63,758 bases of DNA, filler included, from Streblomastix strix (GCA_008636045.1; 4 parts of 4 records of this genome joined end to end with filler, not necessarily neighbours in it); one strand, 5' to 3'; shown: positions 14,673-27,900, counted from the first letter of the whole stretch. Numbers and translations are program-made. The notes: generated from the letters alone by a model not told the origin.

Positions 14673-15873
14673 ATGACATCATCTGACGGATTAGAATATT
14701 TAAGATCAAGTGAAGATAAAACAGTCGTACCAAAAATCAAATACAAGACACTAGAGAAAGGTTCAACGCATAAGTTTAATCGTAAATCGAAAACAAATGA
14801 CAAAGCAAAAGCATTTATCGATAAGATGCTTAACGAATATTCTATAAAATAATCTAATGAACAACCTATTAAATAGCCTGTTGAATAACTTGTTGAATAA
14901 TTTGTTGAATAAACTGTTGAGCTAACTGATCTTGGAGAAATTCTTGATAAATACCTTGAAGAACGTAGAATAAAAGAAGCATAAGAAAAAATTGAAATTA
15001 ACAAACTTTTAGATGTGCTTCTATCGGATTAAGATAAATAGATATAAGAGATAATAAATACACTTACTAGTGAACGAGTTAAGAATGCAATGATTTATGC
15101 GATAAATTATACTAAATTTGAATGCAAGGAAGGAGTAAAGAAACCATAAAAAACAGGCAAAATTATTGGTTTATCGTTAATAGATGATGACGATTTATGT
15201 GTGATTGATTTTGATATTAATAAAAAGCTTTCAAATGAAGAAATCATTAAAATAAGATAAAATATAATAGATAACATGCTTCCACCTAATGTATGCTTAA
15301 TGAAAGCTGCTTATGGCGGATTGCACGCTTATTATAATAGAAATAACTATAGACTACCTTAAAATAGGAAAGTGAAAGTAATTCCATTGGAAAATTTTGA
15401 AATTGATATATTTGCTCAAATGGCGAAATATAAAATTGAATAATGTAAAAAACTGATTAAATTGTATAAAATAGAGTAGTTGCTCTTAATCCAAGTATCC
15501 ATGAAACGAAAAATAGCTAGCGAACAACACTCAAATATGAAGCTATTAATGATTCGGCTAATAAGACAAATTTAGCGAGTCTACGCGAGATTCTTGATAA
15601 ATAGAATGTTGATATTGAGGTATCATATGTTGAATATGGAAAATAATTATAGGAAAGAATATTTAACTAATAAATAAATAATGATGGAATGATTGAACCT
15701 ATGTCTAATGAACTTGCATAAGCTTGCGTAGAATGTTTGAAGAATTTAACGATTCATAACTATCCTTAAGCAACTAATATAGTAATATCTCTTTTAAGTA
15801 TATTTTCAAGATTATATGGAATAAGAAATGAATCGAGTAGAATTGAAGGGATAAATAATATATGCAAATTCAA
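14673..15873 (+). pseudogene. N-terminal part of Polinton-like virus primase-helicase (AEP/Prim-Pol domain), frameshifted and truncated by contig end
   Basis: ERVKNAM...LCVIDFDINKKLS...MKAAYGGLHAYYNR is clearly homologous to 15974-16900. Frameshift near 15450. Confidence 0.8.
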
Positions 15874-15973
15874 NNNNNNNNNNNNNNNNNNNNNNNNNNN
15901 NNNNNNNNNNNNNNNNNTTAATTAATTAANNNNNNNNNNNNNNNNNNNNNNNNNNNNNNNNNNNNNNNNNNNN
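15874..15973. other. Artificial contig-joining spacer
   Basis: 44 N + TTAATTAATTAA + 44 N, identical to the other two spacers. Confidence 0.98.
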
Positions 15974-15975
15974 AT

Positions 15976-18609
15976 CAGAAAAAATTAAAGGAATAGCAAA
16001 AATAAGAATAATAGATAGAAATGGATTAATTTTTAGAAAAACTCATACCAATTGCTGCATAAATGAAAGAAGAAACAGTGAGTAAAACTATCATGGAACG
16101 AGTTAAGAATGCAATGATTAACACAGTAAATTATACTAAAATTGGTCAAAAAGAAGGTGAGAAAAAATAAGTTACAAGCAAATTAATTGATTTAACTCTA
16201 GTTGAAGATGGCGATTTATGCGTGATTGATTTAGATATTAATAAGAAACTATCAATTGAAGAGACTGATAAAATAAGATAAAATATTATAGATAATATGC
16301 TTCCTGCTAATGTAGGCTTAGTAAAGACTGCACATGGAGGATTGCATGCTTATTATAATAGAGATGAATACACCTTACCTTCGAATAGATGTGTGAAATG
16401 TATCGTATTAGATAATATAGAGATTGATATATTTGGATAAATGTATAAGTATAAGGAACATGGAGGAATGGAACAAAAGAAACTTGTATAGAATCGAGTA
16501 GTTAGTCCAAGCTCATCATTCCGAGAAACAAAAAATAATAAAAGAGAAACACTTAAATATGAAGCAGTTAATGACTGGGCCAATATGACACATTTAGCGA
16601 GTCTAAGAGAGATCTTAGATAGCTGGAATGTCAATATTGAAATACCGTTCAAAGAATATGTAGACAAGGTAAATATGAGAGAATTTGGTTGGCAAATCAC
16701 AGAAGAAGGAACTATTGATAAGATGAGTGATGAAATTGCATAAGCATGTATTAATGGGCTGAAGAACCTTGAAATACATAACTATCCTTAACCAATCAAT
16801 ATGGAAGTATCACTTCTAAGTGTTTTCTCAGGTTTATATGGAATTACTAATGAATAAATTAGATCTGAAGGAATGAAAAATATACGATAATACAATAAGC
16901 TAACTGTAAACGCTGAAAAGAACTATGGTGAAGCATCATTTAGTGGGGAACGTAAGCCTAATCCATGGATCCTTACAAAAATCCAAAGATACCATAATAA
17001 AGATTACTATGAATAGATAATTAAACCACTATTGAAACAGAATTATGATGTGAAAAAATAATAGAAAATATCTGTTACGGTGTAATAAATTGAGAAGCAT
17101 GAAATTGATTTGAAAGATCCGTTCACATTAATAGATGTATTTAGTAAAGCATTAAATGGAAAATATGAAAATAAATTAGAGTTAGTTGCATAAGATTTAT
17201 TGAAAGTAATTAAAGTTGTGCCTTGCCAAAATGGATAGTGCTTCATCATTAAAGAATACGATTGTATCGCTGGAAAAAATACTATAAAATATAAATCTAA
17301 AACAGCAATCTATGATTAATTACATTCAATTAGACTTTGTTAAGATGGGAAGAAGCATATCACAGTAATTGATGCACTAGAATAATATCATTCATTATTT
17401 GAGAAGATTGACATGAAATTCATTAGTAACAATGAATGCATATTCAGTATATTCTAAGGATTCAAATATATGCAATTAGATGAAGTAGATTAGACAAAAA
17501 TAGAACAATTCCTAGGATTAGTCAAAGACACTATTGCATCAAATGATGAATTGATTTAAAAATATTTATTAAATTGGTTTTCATTTATTGTATAGAATAT
17601 TGGAAAAAAGACTGAAACTTCAATTATACTTCAAGGATTATAAGGTATCGGTAAGAATGTATTCACTAATGTTTTATGCGAATTACTTGCAAGTTACTCT
17701 TCAAAGAATGTCACAGATATCGATGATTTTGTAGGCAAAATCAATACTGCTATCGAGAATAAGATGATTGCAATTGCTAATGAAATGAAGAATTTTAGAG
17801 AATCGAGAATGTCTAACATGGATGCGTTGAAATCAATAATTACTGAAAGTTCATTTGAAATTAATGAGAAATATGTTCCTAAGCATGAAGTTGAGAATGT
17901 AGTGAATATAATAATTGTTACAAATAATATCTTTCCATTAAAGATTGAGAATAGTGATAGACGTTATGTTGTATGTAAATGCAATTCGGTTCATCGAGAG
18001 GATCTAGCTTACTTCACTACTCTTTGCAATAGTTTTGATGAAGATTTCTATAATAACTTATTCACATTCTTCATGACTAGAGATATTTCTTAATTTAATC
18101 CAAGAAACATTCCAATGACATAAGCGAAGAAAGATATAATCAAAGCATCAATCTCACCAGTAGACGATGTAATTATCAGCCATTTCAAATCATTCAGAGA
18201 TGGAGTTACATGCAATATTGTTGAAGGATGGAAACCATAAGAAATGAAATTAAAGAATTACTAATTAGCGATCTAAAATATATGCGTAAGGACATAGAAA
18301 CAGACTGATGGAGTACATAAATTTATCTATAAATTGAAAGAAGAAATGATATCAATTTATGAAAGTATGTTAGATGAAGATGCTGATGAGATTGAACAAG
18401 AGAAATAGTAAGAGATATAGAATGATGGTAATGAATATATATATGAAATTAATGAAACTTATTTTTGTTCGGGAATCGTGGAGAATTAATGTGAAATGAA
18501 CTAGTGCATCGAGTCAACCGAGTTGAATTTGACTATGGTGCCATAATAATATATTGTAATTGTATTAAGCTAGAGCTGTGAAATATTAATATCAAATGTC
18601 CAATAATGA
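15976..18609 (+). CDS. AEP (Prim-Pol) primase fused to D5-like SF3 helicase, 5' truncated
   Basis: Appears to be a single frame with TAA/TAG=Gln. Motifs: CVIDLDI, VKTAHGGLHAYY, Walker A IILQGLQGIGKNVF, Walker B IAIANEM, motif C IIIVTNN...DRRY. First TGA is at 18607-18609, but the natural end may be ~18446 if a TA slippage removed the stop. Confidence 0.88.
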
Positions 18610-18659
18610 ATTCTAATGGCAATAAGTCGGATATGGCAGGTATTTAAGCGTGGATCTTA

Positions 18660-18690
18660 TGACCCAATGCACTCAATGCACTTGATGCAC
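18660..18690. repeat. Three 9-bp direct repeats (iteron-like)
   Basis: TGAC CCAATGCAC TCAATGCAC TTGATGCAC, in the non-coding gap between the convergent helicase and AT-hook genes. Confidence 0.75.
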
Positions 18691-18751
18691 TTAGTTAAAT
18701 AACCTCATTTGCACATAATCCATTAACTCACACCATTAATGCAAAAATAAA

Positions 18752-19189
18752 TCATATTTACTAGTTATATTGATCAATTATTTCGCTAATTTAAAGTAAA
18801 TCCTGTACATTAATTATGATAATTTTCTAAAGACGTCGAATCAAAAGGAGCTACAAATCGTTGGCAGATGCTCGGAATTCCTATCGCTGAATTCTATACT
18901 TTTATTGTGCACGGGATCGTTACTCTGCGGCAATGCGTTCGGCTTCTTCTTGTAAGCTATATTTTTTAGGTCTACCTCTTTATTCTATTTTCTCCTCATT
19001 TAATTAAGTCTATTGAATAGGATTAACTGCCTGATCAATTGAAGGAGCATGAAGAACTTCATCAATTGGACTGGATTATGTTTCAACTAATTATGGAACT
19101 GGTTTCTTCGATTATTTTTTACGGACATATTTTGTTTCACTGATTGATTAGATTTGTTGGATTTGTTTTGTTTCACCGATTGGTAGCAT
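18752..19189 (-). CDS. AT-hook DNA-binding protein, 145 aa (viral)
   Basis: MLPIGETKQ...EQRGRPKKYSLQEEAERIAAEQR...DLQLLLIRRLQKII-TGA. Homologue at 39989-40367. Confidence 0.75.
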
Positions 19190-19208
19190 TTTATTTTAAG
19201 AAAAATTC

Positions 19209-20539
19209 TCAATTACTTATATTAAATTAACTTTTATAATTAGCTAGTAACGAATTAATATCATCACTAATAAATTTACAATAATATATAGGTAACTCAA
19301 TAACATTAATTTTATCATATGAATTCAATAATTTACATACAACATTACCGTTCCTATAAGTAATGAAGGTTGCTAACTTATTGAATTAACGTCTCTATTT
19401 CTAAAATCTTATAGGTAATCTGGAGAAATCAGCGTGAATCATTAATATATTTCCATTCCTAAAATTTAATAAATTCTCTTGTTATTGTCTTATCATCACC
19501 TGTTCCAATTATGCTTATTTTTATCGTATGAATTTATTTTCTAATTCTCTATTATACTACACTTATTTTGGAGTAAATCTGTTCTTAAATGCAAGGTGTG
19601 GAGTTTTATTGTAAATCTCTACCATTTACTACATCTAGCTAGGTGTTGCAAACCCTAATAAATCTTATCCAGACCCATTTCTAATTGTGCCAATGACGCT
19701 ATCAACTACTCTATTATGCTATGTAAATGGCGAACCTGTAAAATATAATGAAATCTTATTATCTTAACAAAATTATCTAATAATATTAGTTCTAAATCCA
19801 GTTTCACCATCACCTCTAATATTGTTAACATATACTTAATTAATGAGCTTTTTTAATGCAGCTAATATAAACATAGCATTCTTCTCATCTACAATTAATG
19901 GAATCACAACTAAATATTTTATATTAATGTTGATCGCAAATAAATAATGCTATCTCCTTCTAGTCACTGAATTTACACCAAATACAAGATCAATCTCCCA
20001 AGATCCTAGTTTTAGAGAAAATATGGGCGTTAAAGTTTGTTTAATGGCTTCACTTTATTATCTTTGATTTAAGTTTATTGTATTATCTTCACATTGTTAA
20101 TTTTTTCATATTATTTGATCTTTGATTTGAAAGGAAATGTTGAAAGAGGTTTTTGAGGCTAATTGATTCTCTAGATTTATTCAGTAACATATGATCTGTT
20201 AGAGTCTTAGCTTCTGATAGATCTAGCTCTTCATAATGGAACATTATACTTTTCTGCTTCTGTTTAATATATATCGAACCATTCAAGTAATGTCTTTCCA
20301 TCAATCTATGTTTCATCTGCATGATTAAATATAACAGATTATTCTTCTTTACTCGGAGTTATTCTCATATTTGATATAAACTGCGCAAACTTCATTATTC
20401 CGTTATTTGTGTTCGCTAATCGTGTGAGTTACTGCTACATATTATGTGATTCATATTCTATTTATTCATCTGTTTATACAAATCTTGCTAGCAATAATTA
20501 GTAAATTTAATCCTAATTAACTTATGAATCTCGGTTCAG
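19209..20539 (-). pseudogene. Retroviral-type (rve) integrase of Polinton-like virus, lightly disrupted
   Basis: GSWEIDLVF, HYLFAININIKYLVVIPL, NNIRGDGETGF, HNRVVDSVIGTIRNG, YNKTPH. One in-frame TGA (~20232), a 1-nt deletion at ~20020, and a probable start codon mutated to CTG. Confidence 0.88.
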
Positions 20540-20565
20540 TTTATATTCAAAAATAATTATAGACA

Positions 20566-20709
20566 TCAATGGCAGATCTTACTCTCACAAGCATATTTGA
20601 TAGCGGCTTCCCAAAGAGTTTTCCAGATAGACTTCCAATCAATGTTCAATGATTCAAGCGCATCAATGGATATGGTTATATTTGCAGTTAATGGTTCAAA
20701 GATAGGCAT
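20566..20709 (-). CDS. Small viral hypothetical protein, 47 aa
   Basis: MPIFEPLTANITISIDALESLNIDWKSIWKTLWEAAIKYACESKICH-TGA, preceded by the T-tract/AAATG start context shared by neighbouring genes. Confidence 0.55.
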   Translation of the reverse strand: MPIFEPLTANITISIDALESLNIDWKSIWKTLWEAAIKYACESKICH

Positions 20710-20733
20710 TTCTATATTGCAAAAATAAATCAT

Positions 20734-21198
20734 TCACTCTAATGTTTTAACGAATTCTTCTAATTAATTTATATAATTATCTCGTATTTCTTTATATTCT
20801 TCGCAAGCATTATGAAGCTTATTTTCGACACTATACTCAGAGTTCATCCAATGAATCTCATCTTATATTCTTTCCTTAAGTGACATTCGCATCTCAAACG
20901 CTGTATCGCTATATGCCCCATCGAAACAAACTAGATTCTTTTGATATTTATTTTCGGTAATAAACCTGCCTCTCTTAAATAGAATACGTAATCATCGTAA
21001 TGTTCTGGCTTCTTTTTATCTCTATAAGGATATATACCTGCATTTTTTACATCTAATTTTGCATCACATCTATCCAATCCATCAAGTACCCTTTATTAAT
21101 CCTTCGATAACTTACATAGAGCACTTGTTTTTTACATCGATTGTATACATAATTCAAGACAATTAACGGTTTCGTTTCGTTTCTCTTCGTTTCTCATT
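20734..21198 (-). pseudogene. Viral hypothetical protein, probably frameshifted
   Basis: ATG at 21198 (MRNEEKRNETVNCLELCIQ...KPEHYDDYVFYL). The downstream part reads better in another frame. Confidence 0.45.
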
Positions 21199-21221
21199 TA
21201 AGTAAAGTAAAAATAATATAA

Positions 21222-24200
21222 TCACTATTTAATAAAATAACTATTAGCTCTAATATTATTAATAAATGGAAGACATGATTAATTAAGTAGTGCAATCATC
21301 TTAGTATGTGATCCAGTTATTGCATTTTTCTCCAATTTCAACCTGCTCATAGTACCTTTCCTCTACGCTAATGTTGTATTAATAGCAGTTGTGATAGTTT
21401 TTTTGTTAATGCAATCCACAAGTGTTTGTTCATTAATCTAAGGATTCAGATCCAAAATAACACCTTTTAAAACAATCTCATCGTTAATTATACAGTTTTT
21501 GGGTGATAGAGCTATGCAATTATAACCATATTTTTCCACACCAATATGAAGTATTTATTTCTTTCCATTCTCCGAAAACACACAATCTTTGTATCTGTCA
21601 AAGAACTCCTAGTCTTTGATGACTTCTTCAAATAGTTGATCTGGACCTCTATTCGGATTATCACTAATTGCCCAAGTTAATGAATCAGTATCCCTTTACA
21701 CAAAGTGCATCCTACTCATGTCATACGCCTTGTTCATAAAATTATATATGAAATTAACGTTCCAAAATTTTGCAGAATCAGGTACGAAGTAAGCAACTTA
21801 TAAATAAGTATCGCAACGATAGTTTTCTCTATCTACTTACACTGCGTATAGATCTTCATTTAATTCGGTCGTATGAATGAATCCACCCAACATATGCTAT
21901 ATGAATGTCTTATTTGCAGAGAGTAATCTTGTATTAGAATACTTTTCACTATTCAATGCATCACCTCCAAATGCTGAATTCAATATTAATTTACAGAACT
22001 ATCCTAATCCTTCATTTTTAGCATTTTTCGCCTGCTATCGAAGATTCATAAATTCTTTCACGAATGAGTTGAAATTAGTGTGTTTCGTAAATGTGGTAAC
22101 ACTAACAATCTCATCAATTACAAGATGACAGGTATCCATTAGTAGCCATAAATAACAATTATTGAATGACATTAATTCATTGTTTGTATCCACTAAATTT
22201 GTTAATTTACGTTCAGTTTTATCATGTGGGAGTTGGTGATTGACTAGATAATTATACATAAATTCTCCAATTGTCTCTTTATTAGTTGTGATATCAATAT
22301 TTCTTAAAATTGAACCCCAATTAATCACTTCATTCAAATATTTCTCATCAATGTGACCCTTAATTTCAGCTACAAATAATAACATTTTATCGACTACTAA
22401 TGGGTCTTCAGAGAATCTATTTTAATCATAAATTAATGCTTTGCATCGATCTTAATCAGTAATCTTTTCAATAAGTTAAGCAGGCATGTATATTATGTGA
22501 TTAGTGTATGGATTTAACATACTTGGCTCACCATTCATAACGCTTGGACATTAGCTATGAAAATCTAACTAAACTACGTGAGTCATCACATAATCTGAGT
22601 CAATTGAATACACACATTTATTTTCTTAATCAAATTCAAAACGATTAATTCTGGTTTCTCCTGCAATATTGTATCGATGCATCACTTTTGATGTACCTCC
22701 AATAATACCTTTACACAATAATTGATATCTTTCATCTCTCGTTAATGTCATGGGTAGTTGTTTAAATAACGCATATTTCCTTAGTTGAATCATTAGTTTC
22801 ATTTATTTTTCATCACGATTAGCTTTGCATACATTACAGTTCAAACAACATGGAATTACATTATCTTTTGAGTGACCTTTACTATTATCTATTCTATCTA
22901 ATGTGGGCCTATTCTTCCATATGAATCGTGCATTACATATGTGGCATTGTTAATTCTTGAATAATTCTTTAAAATAATCATAATCATCAATCGTTACATT
23001 ATTGCTTGAATCTCAATTCTTTTAATTATCTTATTCAATATAACTATCCATTTTAGCTCTCCAATAATTCAATGTGATTTCGATTGATTTATCAGTGTTT
23101 TCACAATTATAATCTCCATTGATATCAAAATCATTATATACCATAGAATATTTGATAGCATTACAGCATTAAGACATTGATATATTGGCTAACATGTCCA
23201 CATTATATTTGAACATTAACTCAATCAAGTAATCTATTGGTTCAATAAGAACTCTAGTATCTAATATATTGTAGTGCTTCAAGTAATCCCATCGCTATTT
23301 GTGCTTAGCTGCTTCTACCAGATACTCCTTGTACTTATCTTCACTAAGCTTCTTATTTCATAATTTATTATCAAAAGCTTCGATCGGAAATGGTTCACAT
23401 TTATTCAATTCTTGAATGTAATTATTAGTGTTTATGAATTCATGGGGAAATCTACCTTTTTTATACGATCCATTCCCAAAATCTCTTACAGCATCCTATA
23501 ACTTATGTTGCATAGAATAGATCTTAAAATCAACGAATATCAATTGAATGCTTGAAGACTAATGCTTGACAATTATTTATTTTGCGATAATGTTTAACCT
23601 AAATACTTCGAGATAGTCCAATCTTTTGATTTCAAATTCTTGAATAGAATAGAAGCATCAAATTTTGCTGAATTGAACCCAATTACAGGTATTTCAAAGT
23701 ATTAAGGGATTGTTTCATCTATATATTTATTATCTTTTTTTACTTATTTCGCCTCTTCAAATACTTACTCTAACAACTTATCTAAGAAATATTCTGTTCG
23801 AATATCGTAATAAAATGAATGGATATCGCTAGCCAAATTGATAGTTGAAGCAATAGCATATGGAATTAGAGTTGCAGTAACTTATGAACTATCACCGAAT
23901 TTTTCATTAACTTTCTTTTCTAATGTTTCAATATCATATGTTATGTAATATCTTGTGGGCTTGAACAACTCAGTTAGATTATTAGCTAATAGATACTTAT
24001 AAGTCTTATTGGACAAAATATGAGGAACAAATGGTTTTGCAAACTTTTCTATGAAGACTTTCTTAATTATTTTCCCTTCATTCTTTTGACATTTTTTCAT
24101 ATGATTTCTCATCTGTACTTATAGATTTTTATCACCTATTGTGAATGCTTACCTATGGCATATATTACAGTAACGGAATCCAGTTAATGCTTCAACATCA

Positions 24201-25726
24201 GATATATACATAGTGTGAGCATTAATTTCATCATTAATGAATAGGATATTTAACTGTTTGTCTGAACCATTAACGAGATAATTTTATGTAAGTTCATAAT
24301 GCGGTGGATCGTCTTCAAATGTATACATGTGCACATTAACCTATTCTTTATTAATGAAATTATCAATATCCCTTACGAAATAGAATCCTTAATAATTATC
24401 TCGAAACTCTACTCCATTTACTCTTGAAAATATACGCTTAGCTTCAGCGATTCTAGAACAATCTTTCCAACGTTTATCCTTTGAATTAGGCATTGTGATG
24501 AATGAATACGCATTCAAGAAGCATAGATTCACTTTACAATCTACATAATAAATCTTTATTCGTTTAATATGCTACTTTAGTGAAGGAATAGCAGCACCTG
24601 CTAGTGGATATCGAAATATAAAGAGCATTATTGAGAATATTGATACTATTTTTTCATGTGTATCTGTATTAGTTCTCTCTTACATGCTTCCTACAACTGT
24701 TCGAAGATATTACTTGTACATACTAATGTTATCTCTAGACCATATCTCTAATGGTGCTCTTCTTTCTGAACTTGCATCTACTGGAAGCATATATTTGTAT
24801 TTAATTGTCTAATCTTCATTATTACCATCAGATCGTTCAATTAGCACTCCAAAATCAACAGCTAGTTTAAATACATTACCTTTTTCTTTATCGTACACGG
24901 AGTCTAAGTGTTTATCTAAATCCACCTATGAAGCAATATTACGATAATATTATTTAGTTGGTTTGATTTAATTAATTGATGACAAATTATATGATTTATA
25001 TGAAAGAGTACCTGTTTCTTTATTGTATCGATTTAATGCAATGTTCTTAATCCTATTGAATTACGCTTCATTCTATATGTCATATAGCATAATCACATCA
25101 TTATCTGTATTGAGATGATGATATACATATTTTTCATGAGTTCTAATGTAATCGCTAATTTCTTATTAGTCTGTTTCGAATAGTATATCGATGTTCATAT
25201 CCTCTACATTATGAAATCCATCTAAAAATTATGCTTATCTTGCCTATCTATCTTCATCTTATTTTCTCTTGCGTTCCTCTATCTCTTATGCTCTTAATTA
25301 ATGCTGCTATTATCTATATCGTTCTGGATCAAATATACCTTCTTCATCTAATAATTATGGATCGAACTCATCTCTTAATTCTTTTATATCCAATTCACGT
25401 TATTTTTATAATTATTCTTATTCCCTTTATATTTATTCTTTTCGTATTAATCGTTATTATTCCCGTTAATTGAACCATTCACGAACATGATTTTATATAA
25501 CAGTTGCTGCTTTGGATTGATACATATATATATTACGTGAAACTACTGCATTGATCGCTTACTCCACAGCTTTAACGTTATTACGTTAGCCATAGAATCC
25601 GATCTTTGTCAGAATTGAACTTAAATTTGATCTGTTTTATTAATCATTAACATTCATGTTTGCGTTTGTATCGTATAATTAAAGGAGCCGATTAACGTCT
25701 GCAATTGATATCTTTGTTCTTGTCAT
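21222..25726 (-). pseudogene. Protein-primed family B DNA polymerase (pPolB) with vOTU-like, Zn-finger and HNH-like domains; few lesions
   Basis: Exo I YITYDIETL, Exo II VIGFNSAKFD, KGRFPHEF, Exo III HYNILDT, Pol A LDFHSQCPS, Pol B KLILNSAFG, Pol C RDTDS. Frameshift ~23597 and in-frame TGA ~23013. Confidence 0.92.
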
Positions 25727-25762
25727 TTTGTTAATTCAAAAATAATATTATCATATGATTGT

Positions 25763-27076
25763 TCATACTTCTGCATCAACTTACATTTACGTTTCTGGAG
25801 CTTCATATCCTATCTATAGTTATCTTCCTTCCTTTTACCGATATACAAGAATGGCAACTCTACCATATAAAGTTCCAACAATTGTTGCCAATCTCTATTC
25901 ATCTTCATCAACCATTTGGAAATATTTAGTTGTTATTTCATTCCTATACACTCTTGCTGCTTGTTTAACTGCATCTTTACTTGCTGCATCCAAATTTACT
26001 TATGCATCAACCATTCCCAATAGATTTCTTAAAACCAGATCCCAAGTGGCTGCAGCAACAAACATGTATGCTCTTTTAAGTTTCCATAAATCTCCTCCAT
26101 TAGCTTGATTAAATGTTTCAGCCATAGTTGGAACGTACGATGACATGTAATGTTGATGAGGATTCTATCTTTAATAATCAATCTGAATTTTAGCCTTTCC
26201 ATATGTATCCTTCTTTCCTTTCATAAAATCAAAGAATATCGTAGTTTTACGTTAGCCTTTCGGTACATTACCTATATATTATTCTTGGAAACTATCATAT
26301 TTACTTTCAACTTTTGGAATATATCCACCCATAGTATAAAGCTTTCCTTTATCAGTATAAACAGTTGCAAAGCTAGGAAGTGGTCCTTCAGGTTCATCAG
26401 GATCTTGATTTCTAACTCTCCAGCTAGCCATGCTTTTCCTACTTCCGACATATGCTTATGCAGAAGGTAATGTTCTCAATTCTTTATTGTATTTAATATC
26501 TCTATGTTTAAATTTCTTTACATCTAATATTTCTGTTAATGCTGCAATCTATGTATCGTTAAATGCATATTCTAGAAGTGCTCGTTTTCTTGCTGCTCCA
26601 GCCTTCATTTTGTCTACTGTTGCTTATTCTTTTTGTGTTAACGGTACTCCTTATCCCGCTTACCAAAGTTGAAATCTCGACATTTACTGTTAAGCCATGT
26701 GTTAGTTTTAGATAAAAGTTGGTTATTATACTTATTCTATCAATTATTCTCTTAGCTATTATGTTCGTAGATAAAACTACTGTAATTTTATTAGTGGATT
26801 TTAAGTTTTTATTTAAGGTTAACTTGCAATATAAGTTTATAAGGGATTTGGAGTCATTTATACTATTGGTGTCTAATATTTTTATTAAACTCTTCTGAAT
26901 GCTTCAGCTGTTTCTTCCAATATAGTTAATTCTTCCGCTTTACTTTTACGACATTTGCGTCTATGTTAACTTTGTATATGTAACTCAGCATCACCTAATT
27001 CATTAAAGAATTCATCATTACCAGTTGCATTTCCCCAAATTTCTAAAATTTCATTGTTTAACTCTTATGCACTCAT
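25763..27076 (-). CDS. Viral hypothetical protein, 437 aa (possible virion core protein)
   Basis: ATG at 27076 (MSAQELNNEILEIWG...) to TGA at 25763 spans 1314 nt in frame. No recognised motif. Confidence 0.65.
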
Positions 27077-27128
27077 TTTGATAACAAGAAAAGGTTCATA
27101 AGTGAATGAAATAATTAATATGAAACAA

Positions 27129-27900
27129 ATGTCCTTGACAGCATATATAGATCAATTACTTAGTAAATAGAAAATCAATAAACATGAAGTATAATCAATC
27201 ATTCATGATGAGCTAAATTTCTCATATAATTCTATCAATCTGCTCATAGGATAACGTGGAAGCGGTAAGTCGTATAACGTATTCAAAGAGCTAATCAAAT
27301 TGAACTAACTGCCTAATAAATGTTACACATTGTTCATATATGTTACTGATAGCAATAATGATATAACTTATAAGAAAATGAAAGATTTAATAAAAAAATC
27401 TACAAAAATAGTTCCATATGCAGATGTGAATGAAGCATTAGATTAAGTAAACGAATGAAAATAAGCATATGATGAAGTAATTGAAAAGAAATTAGAAAAA
27501 TAAGTGAAAGATGAATCAAAATAGGATATATTATCTAATATTGGAGCAAAGCATTTTTCCATTAAATTTCCACACAATAGTGCTGTTTGATGATGCTATG
27601 AGTATATTCAAAAGTAAGAATAATCCATTATATAAGAAATTATTCAAAAATAGATAGCCCAGAATCACTTACTTCTTATATTTATAAGATATAATTGGTT
27701 TAGACGCTAGCATTAAATCTAATGTGGATACAATATACTTTTTTGGTGGATTCAATAGATAAAAATTCAATTTATTCTTCTATTAATCAAGCATTCCATT
27801 AGATAAAGAAACGTTATGGAGAGAATATGTGCAATTAGGCAAACGAGAAGCATTACTGGTACTGTATAATAATGATGGAACAATGGTACGAGTTATCTGA
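27129..27900 (+). pseudogene. A32/FtsK-family genome packaging ATPase, disrupted
   Basis: Walker A INLLIGQRGSGKS, Walker B IVLFDDAM, then KNRQPRITYFLYLQD. In-frame TGA ~27456 and frameshift ~27575. Confidence 0.85.

Noticed and set aside
15874..15973. TTAATTAATTAA palindrome within N runs, repeated three times at ~15.9-kb spacing
   Set aside because: Artificial six-frame-stop linker joining size-sorted contigs; not biological.
14673..18609. Apparent tandem duplication of the primase-helicase across the first gap
   Set aside because: The two copies are on different contigs, so the adjacency is an artefact of concatenation.
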